64,000 nucleotides of DNA from Bacteroidales bacterium (GTDB taxonomy: Bacteria > Bacteroidota > Bacteroidia > Bacteroidales > FEN-979). Below the pieces are notes generated by a model that searched no databases, had not been told where the DNA came from, and saw nothing but the letters and a program-made list of their open reading frames with translations. Made by a program: the position numbers and the translations under genes. The stretch is taken from positions 4,505,706-4,569,705 of the forward strand of contig OY820914.1 in NCBI GenBank assembly GCA_963682005.1, in the 5' to 3' direction. This document shows, piece by piece, positions 38,455 to 46,632 of this stretch (position 1 is its first letter; each line of letters begins with the position of its first letter).

Positions 38455-39933
38455 ATGAAGACCATTAATAAACTTGTTGTTGCAGTTGTACTAATTACGG
38501 GGTTGACAGATGTTTCATTTTCTCAAAATTCGGTTGATGCACTAAGATATTCCAGGATCTTTTACCAGGGAACCTCGAGGTTTCAGGGAATGGGTGGTGC
38601 CTTTGGAGCTGTTGGTGCTGACTTTTCCGCACTGGCCATCAATCCCGCAGGAATAGGATTGTACAAATCAACCGAATTTACAATCACACCGGAAGTTTGG
38701 ATCGGACATTCAGTTTCCGATTACAATGGGGTCAAATCAACAGATGACATCGGTAATTTTGCGTTGGGAAACGTAGGTTTCGTTTTCAGCATCAAACCTC
38801 CCAATGCCCAGAAAAAAGGAGGCTTTCAGAATTTCAATTTCGGATTCGGGATCAACAGGCAGAACGACTTTAATACCAGGACTTTCATTTCCGGTCCGAA
38901 TAATACAAGTTCGCTGATGACAGGCTACACAAATGTCCTCAATAACCAGCCCTGGATGTCATCCGATGATATTAACTACGATTATCCCTTCGACATTGCT
39001 CCGGCATACAATGCAAACCTGATCTATTATAATGATTCACTGGGAAAATATACATGCGATGCAATGAACGGAGGCGTTTATCAGCAAAATGAGGTGACAA
39101 CTTACGGATCGATCAATGAGTTTGATATGTCATTCGGAGCAAGTTTCGAAGATAAACTCTATTTTGGCGCCACATTCGGAATTCCATGGATCCGTTACTA
39201 TGAACGGTCAACATATAGTGAAATAAGGACTGATCCATCCGTTTATCCGTTTCAATCGTTGTTGTACAACCAGTATCTTGAAACCACGGGAACAGGTATA
39301 AATTTAAAAGTTGGAGTTATCTACCGTCCTATTCCCTGGTTCCGCGTGGGAGTAGCAGTTCATACACCGACCTATTATGGCAATATGAAAGACACCTGGA
39401 ACAGTGATATTGCTTCCTCCTTTACAGATTCGACTCAATGGAACTCCGTTCAATATTCACCCATCGGAGATTTCCATTACCAGATGGCCACTCCTTTCCG
39501 TGCCATCGGAAGCATGGCATTTCTTATCGGGAATGCAGGTGTTTTCAGTGCAGAGTACGAATTCGTGGATTATAACCAGGCCAGGTTCTATTCAAGTGAT
39601 GAATCGTTCCAGGACGTGAATGACGAGATCCGGAATAAATATACCATTCCTTTGAACCTCAGGTTCGGGACTGAATGGAGGATTCAGAATTTCAGGATCA
39701 GGGGCGGATTCGGGTATTATGGAAGTCCTTACAAGGGAGGCGGAACCCAGGGGGAACGATACACTGCTTCCGGGGGAATTGGTTACCGCGGTAAATATTT
39801 CTTTTTTGACGCAGGCTATACCTGGGCAAAAATGTCGGAGGATTATTATCTCTATGATCCGGCCCTGGTGAATCCATCCCACAACATTCAGTATTCGCAT
39901 GCCATCTCGACAACTTTCGGGGTACGTTTTTAA
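38455..39933 (+). CDS. Outer-membrane beta-barrel protein, FadL/TodX-like (OMPP1) family candidate
   Basis: Signal peptide, then ALRYSRIFYQGTSRFQGMGGAFGAVGADFSALAINPAGIGLY (N-terminal plug/hatch-type motif). Amphipathic strands run throughout, and the C-terminus is TTFGVRF with a terminal Phe. Confidence 0.6.
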   Translation: MKTINKLVVAVVLITGLTDVSFSQNSVDALRYSRIFYQGTSRFQGMGGAFGAVGADFSALAINPAGIGLYKSTEFTITPEVWIGHSVSDYNGVKSTDDIGNFALGNVGFVFSIKPPNAQKKGGFQNFNFGFGINRQNDFNTRTFISGPNNTSSLMTGYTNVLNNQPWMSSDDINYDYPFDIAPAYNANLIYYNDSLGKYTCDAMNGGVYQQNEVTTYGSINEFDMSFGASFEDKLYFGATFGIPWIRYYERSTYSEIRTDPSVYPFQSLLYNQYLETTGTGINLKVGVIYRPIPWFRVGVAVHTPTYYGNMKDTWNSDIASSFTDSTQWNSVQYSPIGDFHYQMATPFRAIGSMAFLIGNAGVFSAEYEFVDYNQARFYSSDESFQDVNDEIRNKYTIPLNLRFGTEWRIQNFRIRGGFGYYGSPYKGGGTQGERYTASGGIGYRGKYFFFDAGYTWAKMSEDYYLYDPALVNPSHNIQYSHAISTTFGVRF

Positions 39934-41483
39934 GGTTTGCCTTTTTTAATTCTTGCAAGACCAGCCTTAGCTTTCTGACTAAGGCTGTTTTTGTATTCCT
40001 CAACAGGCATCGACAATGATAACCGGTAATACTTACCTGCTTCGGCATACTTCCCCGCCCCTTCATAGATAATCCCAAGCTGAAGTGCGGCATTGGCGGC
40101 AAAATAGTACGGAAGCTCTGCACCGAGTGAGATCGCTGTTTCGTAATTCTGTATTGCCTTGGCAATGTTCCCCATTTCATGATAGATCCGGCCCAGGCGG
40201 TAGATGTATTCAAGAAGATCCTTTTTCGAAAACAACGTCGTGGACAGGCTCCTGTCGAGGAGTTCATGCAGTGCCCGGCTGTAATATCCTCCATCAAAAA
40301 GCAATCGCGCCCTTAAGAGGGTAACATTCGGGATTTCCTTTTTTTGCGCCTCCTTCAATGCCTGCTTATCTTCATCAACGTACGTGTAACCGACCTTAAG
40401 GACCATCCCGATATATACTTCATATCGTTTCATATCGCCATGGATGAGTGCCGACCATGCCAGTTTCTGGCAGGCTGCCTTCAGGTAGTTCATTCCATGA
40501 AATTTATTCAGGAACTCCAGAAAATGGATGTCAGCCTTTGGATCAAGGCAGTTCAGTTCGGAAACTCCTGTTAAATAGTCAAGAAATAATATCGGATGCC
40601 GATCAGGTGGGTTTGAAAATCCTGAAAGTATTTTAATGGCTTCATCATTAAAGCCTGTTTTCATCAGGATGCTAGACCTGTAATAGACAGAAAGAGGATT
40701 CCGGTCATTTTCATTTTTATCCATGGTAAAGTCTGACTGCCTGAGGATATTCAGTGCTTCGGTCTTGTCCTTTTTAAGGTTGACCTGGATAAATGCAAGA
40801 TAGAAAAGGATCTCCGGTTTGAACATCCTCACAACCTCATCATTTCCCTGGTAGGAAATGATCGATTCGAGGTCATTAACGCCTTGTTCAACCGATCCTT
40901 CAAGACCCATAAGGTTTGCAAGCCATTTATATTGCTCGGGGATCAAGCCGGTAATCGTATGGATTATCCCAAGACCGGAATAGTTTAATACAAAATTGGG
41001 GTAATCGGTTTTATTGGCTTCCAATAGCTGGGAAGCCTTTCGTATTTCGTTAACTGCTGTGATATACTCGCCGAATTTCAAATGGATAAATCCCCACTGA
41101 AGTTTTACCAGGGCCAGACAGAACTTGTAATAAGGTGAGCTTTTATCAGCCTTTTCAAGGAATTTGACCCGTACAGCTTCATTCCCTCTAAGCTTTTCAA
41201 ATTTGGCCCGGTCTTCATCGATGAACAAGGTCATGAAGTCAATATAATTTTCTAAATAGGCTGTTATCCTGTTGTCCGGTTGTAATTTCTTTTCAAGATC
41301 CAGGCAATCAGAAGCATCTTTGAAACGCATCGACAATATCGCCTTGTATGCATTATTGCAGTTATCATCAAAGATGAACTGGGCATGGATCAGAAATGGA
41401 ATAAATAGAAAAGCACCCAGCAAAAAAGGTTTTTTTTGTTTGAGTGCCTTTACGAAAGTATCAGTAAAAACGAGGAACATCAA
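39930..41483 (-). CDS. Secreted TPR-repeat protein
   Basis: N-terminal signal-like segment LLGAFLFIPFLIHAQ, multiple TPR-like helices, and a C-terminal block LGRIYHEMGNIAKAIQNYETAISL / LQLGIIYEGAGKYAEAGKYYRLSL. Confidence 0.6.
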   Translation of the reverse strand: MMFLVFTDTFVKALKQKKPFLLGAFLFIPFLIHAQFIFDDNCNNAYKAILSMRFKDASDCLDLEKKLQPDNRITAYLENYIDFMTLFIDEDRAKFEKLRGNEAVRVKFLEKADKSSPYYKFCLALVKLQWGFIHLKFGEYITAVNEIRKASQLLEANKTDYPNFVLNYSGLGIIHTITGLIPEQYKWLANLMGLEGSVEQGVNDLESIISYQGNDEVVRMFKPEILFYLAFIQVNLKKDKTEALNILRQSDFTMDKNENDRNPLSVYYRSSILMKTGFNDEAIKILSGFSNPPDRHPILFLDYLTGVSELNCLDPKADIHFLEFLNKFHGMNYLKAACQKLAWSALIHGDMKRYEVYIGMVLKVGYTYVDEDKQALKEAQKKEIPNVTLLRARLLFDGGYYSRALHELLDRSLSTTLFSKKDLLEYIYRLGRIYHEMGNIAKAIQNYETAISLGAELPYYFAANAALQLGIIYEGAGKYAEAGKYYRLSLSMPVEEYKNSLSQKAKAGLARIKKGKP

Positions 41484-42409
41484 CGGGTTGTGTTGACAAT
41501 TGCATCATCAACAAGTATCCTTCCACAATATTCGCAAACAATGATTTTTTTATGCATCCGGATATCAAGCTGGTGCTGTGGCGGAATTTTATTGAAGCAG
41601 CCTCCGCATGCATCCCGTTCAATCTGAACAACAGCAAGTCCGTTCCTGGCATTTTTCCGTATTCTGGAATAGGCTGTGATCAATCGTTCTTCGATGTACT
41701 GCCTGTTCTCTTCAGAGTCTTTTATCAACTGGTTTTCTTCCTTTTCCGTTTCTGTCACGATATCTTCCAGTTCATTTTTCTTGATCTCAAGGTCATTTGT
41801 CCTGTCATGCAGCACTTTTTGATAATGCTCAACCTCGATTTTTTTTGCTTCTATCCCCTGCTGAAACTCCCTGATCCTTTTTTCAGCAAGCTGAATCTCG
41901 AGATTCTGGAATTCTATCTCCTTTGTCAGGGAATCGTATTCACGGTTATTCCGGACATTCATCTGCTGATCTTCATATTTCTTGATCAGAGCCTGGCTAT
42001 CCCGGATGCTGTTTTTCTTTTCGGTAACTGATTTTTCCAATGCCAGGGTTTCCTGTACATAGTTATCGATGCGCGTTTCCAACCCTGCAATTTCATCTTC
42101 CAGGTCCTGCACCTCGAGCGGAAGTTCGCCCCGGATGATCCTGATTTTATCAACCTGCGAATCGATCTGTTGCAAGTTATACAAGGCAATTAGCTTTTTC
42201 TCAATGCTTATGTCTGACTTATCATCTGCAGCATCAGCTTTTGATTTTGAAACAGACTTCACGACCCCTTCAGCCTGTGCGGCAATTACCGGCTCAGGAG
42301 ATTCTGGTTCAGCAGTGGCTTTCTTTGATTTTTCTTCCACAGGTTTGACCGCTTTCACCAATTTGGTCGGTTTTGACGTGGCAATGGGTTGTTTTGTTGT
42401 TTTAGCCAT
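41480..42409 (-). CDS. DUF164/COG1579 coiled-coil protein with a C4 zinc ribbon, with a K/A/P/E-rich N-terminal extension
   Basis: LYNLQQIDSQVDKIRIIRGELPLEVQDLEDEI..., and a terminal CGGCFNKIPPQ...CEYCGRILV. Its position directly downstream of a Nif3-like gene is the usual pairing. Confidence 0.75.
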   Translation of the reverse strand: MAKTTKQPIATSKPTKLVKAVKPVEEKSKKATAEPESPEPVIAAQAEGVVKSVSKSKADAADDKSDISIEKKLIALYNLQQIDSQVDKIRIIRGELPLEVQDLEDEIAGLETRIDNYVQETLALEKSVTEKKNSIRDSQALIKKYEDQQMNVRNNREYDSLTKEIEFQNLEIQLAEKRIREFQQGIEAKKIEVEHYQKVLHDRTNDLEIKKNELEDIVTETEKEENQLIKDSEENRQYIEERLITAYSRIRKNARNGLAVVQIERDACGGCFNKIPPQHQLDIRMHKKIIVCEYCGRILVDDAIVNTTR

Positions 42410-42419
42410 AATGACTGGT

Positions 42420-43514
42420 TTATAAATAATTTACCGGATTTGAATTCACCTCCGAAATAAGGACTGCAAAGTTAGGAAATTTTTCATTAATTTTTGAAAA
42501 TATCCATTCTTTTGCAAACTGTTCACTTTCATAATGACCAATGTCTGCAATGATAATTTCATCCTGAGCATCAAAAAAATCGTGGTAACGCAGATCCCCT
42601 GTCAGGAAAATATCAGCACCTGCTTTCCTTGCGGTTGAGAGAAGAAATCCGCCAGCCCCCCCGCACACTGCAACCCTGCGGATCATCTTGCCTGGCAACT
42701 TTGAATGCCTCAGGTACGGAATCTGGCAAATGCCCTTTACCTTCTGTAAAAACGCCGGAGCTTCCATCGGAGATCCGAGATCACCTACCATACCGGCGCC
42801 TGCACCGGTCCAGGTGTTTTTCAGCGGATAAATATCATACGCTACTTCTTCATAAGGGTGAGCCATTATTAATGCAGAAATGATCCTCTTCTCCATGAAA
42901 TTCGGGAAAATGGTTTCAATCCTGACCTCGTTTTCAAAATGGATCACATTCTTTTCTCCAACGAACGGAGTTGCATCTTCCAGGGCCCGGAATGAACCGG
43001 ATCCCTGAAGATTGTAACTGCAGGAGTCATAATTACCAATATGCCCTGCACCGGCAGCAAATAATGCATCGCGGATCTTATCTGCATGTGCTTCAGGGCA
43101 AAAAGTGACCAGTTTGCAAAGCCTGTTCTGAACAGGGTCAAGCACCTTTGGATTTTCAACCCCGAATTTCAGGATGAGGGATTTGTTAAACCCTTCAAGG
43201 ATATTATCCAGGTTTGTATGTGAAGAATATAGCGCGATGCCGGATTTTATGGCATCCATAACGATTCGTTCAGTAACATGTTCACCGGTAAGTCTCTTCA
43301 TGCCTTTAAAGATCACCGGGTGATGTGAATACACAAGATTGCATTTCCTTGCTTTTGCTTCCGAAAGGATCTCAGGTGTTACATCCACCGTGATGAGAAT
43401 CCCGGTCAATTCTGAATCCATGTCACCGACGATGAGTCCGCTGTTATCATAATTTTCCTGCAATGAGAGCGGTGCAAGATGCTCTATAAAACTGCACAAT
43501 TCACTTACTTTCAT
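42420..43514 (-). CDS. Nif3-like dinuclear metal centre protein (YbgI/YqfO family)
   Basis: LQENYDNSGLIVGD, NLVYSHHPVIFKG, IALYSSHTNLD, ITGDLRYHDF. 364 aa, with an inserted PII-like domain. Confidence 0.8.
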   Translation of the reverse strand: MKVSELCSFIEHLAPLSLQENYDNSGLIVGDMDSELTGILITVDVTPEILSEAKARKCNLVYSHHPVIFKGMKRLTGEHVTERIVMDAIKSGIALYSSHTNLDNILEGFNKSLILKFGVENPKVLDPVQNRLCKLVTFCPEAHADKIRDALFAAGAGHIGNYDSCSYNLQGSGSFRALEDATPFVGEKNVIHFENEVRIETIFPNFMEKRIISALIMAHPYEEVAYDIYPLKNTWTGAGAGMVGDLGSPMEAPAFLQKVKGICQIPYLRHSKLPGKMIRRVAVCGGAGGFLLSTARKAGADIFLTGDLRYHDFFDAQDEIIIADIGHYESEQFAKEWIFSKINEKFPNFAVLISEVNSNPVNYL

Positions 43515-43685
43515 AGGTTCGTTTATATCAATTCAGCCGGTGTCAAAGTTATGAAATGAATTTAATCCCCGAACCCAAAAAAGGTTGTTGAAATGTTGTT
43601 TATTAGTTTTTTCTCCTGCGCATTTTTCATCTTCTAAAAATGATAAAATTTGATACGTTGAAAATTCTGTTCTTAAATCCCTGAC

Positions 43686-44078
43686 ATGCGAAACATCCTG
43701 GTTTTTATTGTAGATCATAATATGCAGGCTGCCAATCTGCTCAAATACAAACTTACAGGTAAGAAGTTCACAAACGTCAGGGTTTTCCCAACTCCGGAGG
43801 AATGCCTTATCATGCTTCAGAAGAACAACATTCCTGATTTTATCATCACGGATGTTTCCTTTCCTACTATGAACGGTCTGGAGTTTCTCCAGGCCATCAA
43901 GCGGTTTTCCGAGATTATCCATGTGCTCTTTCTTTCATCAGATCATGACGAATCACTTGCAAGACATTTACTCGAGGAAGGAGCCACCGACTATATATAC
44001 CGGACTGTGAACCATGAGACCGGCAGCAATGAACTCCTGAAAAATCTTGAATACCTCTGCAAAGAAATATCCCAGTAG
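43686..44078 (+). CDS. Stand-alone response-regulator receiver domain (atypical)
   Basis: ILVFIVDHN, DFIITDVSFPTMNGLEFL (phospho-acceptor Asp), VLFLSSD, GATDYIYRT. Length 130 aa, with no output domain. Confidence 0.65.
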   Translation: MRNILVFIVDHNMQAANLLKYKLTGKKFTNVRVFPTPEECLIMLQKNNIPDFIITDVSFPTMNGLEFLQAIKRFSEIIHVLFLSSDHDESLARHLLEEGATDYIYRTVNHETGSNELLKNLEYLCKEISQ

Positions 44079-44169
44079 CATTTTCATTTACCAGACTGTT
44101 AGGGTATATTTTTCAAATGGCGGATTGCCGGCTGGGTTATTTTTTATATATTAGCTTTTTCTATTATCG

Positions 44170-45234
44170 ATGAGGTTTATCCAGTTCCTGTTACTGCCGT
44201 TTTCTTTACTTTACGGAATGGTTATGCTGGTTCGGAACATGCTTTTCGATCTCGGCGTCATTCCTTCTGAAAAGTTCAGTATTCCTGTGATCTCAGTTGG
44301 GAACCTGTCGATGGGCGGCACCGGAAAGACCCCTCACATTGAATACCTTATCCGTTTGTTATACGGCAATTATTTTGTGGCAACGCTGAGCCGTGGTTAT
44401 AAGCGAGAAAGCAAAGGGTTCATCCTGGCAAATAAAGAGTCAAACGTTAATGATATCGGGGATGAACCGCTTCAATACCTCCGAAAATTCGAACAGGTAA
44501 AAGTAGCGGTGGATGAAAAAAGAGTAAGAGGTATTCATTACCTGATGGAAAAATTCCCGGGCATCGACGTCATCCTGCTTGACGATGCCTATCAACACCG
44601 ATATGTAAAGCCAGGCCTGTCAATACTTCTGACAGATTACCGGCATCTTTATATCAACGACCACATGGTTCCCTCTGGTACACTTCGCGAATTCACCATC
44701 GGGGCTAACAGGGCCGACATCATCATCATTACCAAAACGCCGAAGATCTTTTCTCCGATAACCCGGAGAAGGATACTGGAAGATCTTCATCCGAAACCTT
44801 TTCAGAAGGTATTTTTTTCCTATTTAACATACCCCGAACCGATCCCTGTATTTGACGATTCATCCCTTGTATTCCCTTCCAAACTCTCATTTATTCTCCT
44901 GTTTACCGGTATTGCAAATAACTATCCGCTGGTTGAGCACCTGGAACGGTTTACATCAGAAATCAAAACTCTTCATTTTCCCGATCATCATGCCTATACC
45001 ACAGAGGATATGGAGCGGATCAGAAAGGCTTATACTGATCTTCCGACACAGAAAAAGGTGATCATAACTACGGAAAAAGACCTGATGCGCCTTAAAACTG
45101 CCGAGCTAAGTAATTTTTTGAAAAATCTGCCGTTATTTTACCTTCCTGTTGAAATTGAATTTCATGATAAAGACAAATTAGCTTTTGACACAGAAATCAC
45201 TGATTATGTTAGAAAAAATAAAAGAAACCATTGA
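44170..45234 (+). CDS. lpxK: Tetraacyldisaccharide 4'-kinase
   Basis: PVISVGNLSMGGTGKTPHIEYLIRLL (P-loop), LSRGYKRES, ILLDDAYQH. Confidence 0.85.
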   Translation: MRFIQFLLLPFSLLYGMVMLVRNMLFDLGVIPSEKFSIPVISVGNLSMGGTGKTPHIEYLIRLLYGNYFVATLSRGYKRESKGFILANKESNVNDIGDEPLQYLRKFEQVKVAVDEKRVRGIHYLMEKFPGIDVILLDDAYQHRYVKPGLSILLTDYRHLYINDHMVPSGTLREFTIGANRADIIIITKTPKIFSPITRRRILEDLHPKPFQKVFFSYLTYPEPIPVFDDSSLVFPSKLSFILLFTGIANNYPLVEHLERFTSEIKTLHFPDHHAYTTEDMERIRKAYTDLPTQKKVIITTEKDLMRLKTAELSNFLKNLPLFYLPVEIEFHDKDKLAFDTEITDYVRKNKRNH

Positions 45235-46021
45235 TTACCTTGAATCTAAAATATCTGTAAAACCACAGATCGGCATTATCCTTGGCACCGGTCTGGGGGG
45301 ACTGGTAAATGAAATAAATGTTGTTCAGACCATCCCGTATAAATCGATCCCGAATTTTCCGGTTTCAACCGTTGAAGGACATCACGGACAACTGATCTTT
45401 GGCACGATGAGCGGAAAGAACATCGTTGCCATGCAGGGACGATTCCATTATTACGAAGGCTACACCATGCAGGAAGTTACATTCCCCATTCGGGTGATGA
45501 AATTCCTGGGCATCGATCTGCTTATACTTTCAAATGCGAGCGGAGGGGTCAATCCTGACTTTGAAGTTGGTGACCTGATGATCATTGACGATCATATAAA
45601 CCTTATGAAGGACAACCCTCTTATCGGTCCTAATCACGATGAGGTCGGGACAAGATTTCCTGATATGAGCCATGCCTATGATAAGGAACTTATCGCTACT
45701 TCATTCCGGATCGCAGAAAAGCACGGGATCAAGCTCAGGCGAGGTGTTTATGCTGCTGTCTCCGGACCTACTTTTGAAACCCCGGCCGAATATCGTTATA
45801 TCCGGACCATTGGCGCTGATGCAGTAGGGATGTCCACCGTTCCGGAGGTGATCAGTGCCAGGCATATGGGGCTGAGATGTTTTGCTTTTTCAGTCATCTC
45901 TGACCTGGGTGTCCCCGGCAAGATCGTTGAAATAACACATAAGGATGTTATTCATGCTGCCAGCAACGTGGAGCCTGAGATGACAAAGATCATCAAAGAG
46001 ATGATCCTTACCGTAGTCTAA
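45206..46021 (+). CDS. Purine nucleoside phosphorylase (trimeric PNP/PunA type)
   Basis: GIILGTGLGGL, STVEGHHGQLIFG, MQGRFHYYEGY, LSNASGGVNP, VSGPTFETPAE, GADAVGMSTVPEV. The ATG at 45206 is preferred to the track's TTG at 45185. It overlaps the lpxK 3' end. Confidence 0.85.
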   Translation: MLEKIKETIDYLESKISVKPQIGIILGTGLGGLVNEINVVQTIPYKSIPNFPVSTVEGHHGQLIFGTMSGKNIVAMQGRFHYYEGYTMQEVTFPIRVMKFLGIDLLILSNASGGVNPDFEVGDLMIIDDHINLMKDNPLIGPNHDEVGTRFPDMSHAYDKELIATSFRIAEKHGIKLRRGVYAAVSGPTFETPAEYRYIRTIGADAVGMSTVPEVISARHMGLRCFAFSVISDLGVPGKIVEITHKDVIHAASNVEPEMTKIIKEMILTVV

Positions 46022-46512
46022 TCTGTTTTTACAGGAAAATCCAATACTTTCAATTTCCAACGGTCGCCAATCCTGCATCGGCGTTCCGACAGGGAAAACG
46101 AAATGATGCTTCCCCCGAAGCAGATCCCTGATACAATAAAGACATCCCGGGAAAACACCGGCTCATTATTGATCAGGTGATTGAACGAAATAACCCCGAA
46201 AAAGACGGCACCTGATATGGCAAGCATTTTACCAAGCTTCCGGGGAAAAGCAAATTGTTTATAAACCAGGGTGATATTCCTGAATGGTATTGTGTAAGGC
46301 CGCATCGTGGCGACGGACAATGAACTGTCTTCAATTCCCCAAAGGATTCCTTTCATCAGTGTATCAGGATTTGCAGCTCTTATCTTGATCTTGTCATTCA
46401 GGTGATAAAAGTATTTTGAGGATGTTCCGATTTTCTCTATCAGCAGCGTCTTTTGGGCAATCGACACAAGAGAACAAACAGAAACCAGGATGGTAATGCA
46501 AAAGTACTTCAT
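46018..46512 (-). CDS. Hypothetical membrane protein
   Basis: Signal peptide (ILVSVCSLVSIAQ) plus two C-terminal hydrophobic helices. No recognisable motif. Confidence 0.45.
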   Translation of the reverse strand: MKYFCITILVSVCSLVSIAQKTLLIEKIGTSSKYFYHLNDKIKIRAANPDTLMKGILWGIEDSSLSVATMRPYTIPFRNITLVYKQFAFPRKLGKMLAISGAVFFGVISFNHLINNEPVFSRDVFIVSGICFGGSIISFSLSERRCRIGDRWKLKVLDFPVKTD

Positions 46513-46617
46513 TGATCCTTCAAAGCAGTAAAATTATAACAAATCTGCTTATCTGAGCATCAATATTTCCATGGATTTGTTTCCTGGCATTTCCCTCCAT
46601 GACAACCATGATTTCCT

Positions 46618-46625
46618 TACTTTTG
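46618..46625 (+). promoter_or_regulatory. -7 promoter box immediately upstream of the LpxR-like gene
   Basis: TACTTTTG ends 7 nt before ATG 46633, so the mRNA would be nearly leaderless if this box is used. Confidence 0.35.
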
Positions 46626-46632
46626 CATCAAG

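Noticed and set aside
37157-38468. ORFs 37157..37591(-), 37335..37805(-), 37378..37614(+), 37395..37682(+), 37698..38468(+, 256 aa) and 38076..38465(-).
   Set aside because: All of them overlap the Tyr/Gly/Ser low-complexity gene. Repetitive codon composition keeps alternative frames open. Only the 36944 frame has a signal peptide and lipobox, an SD-like site and a coherent repeat structure.
43533-43922. A 129-aa minus-strand ORF overlapping the response-regulator gene.
   Set aside because: The plus-strand frame gives a recognisable receiver domain (ILVFIVD...IITD...LSSD). The minus-frame product has no motif and would overlap the Nif3 promoter region.
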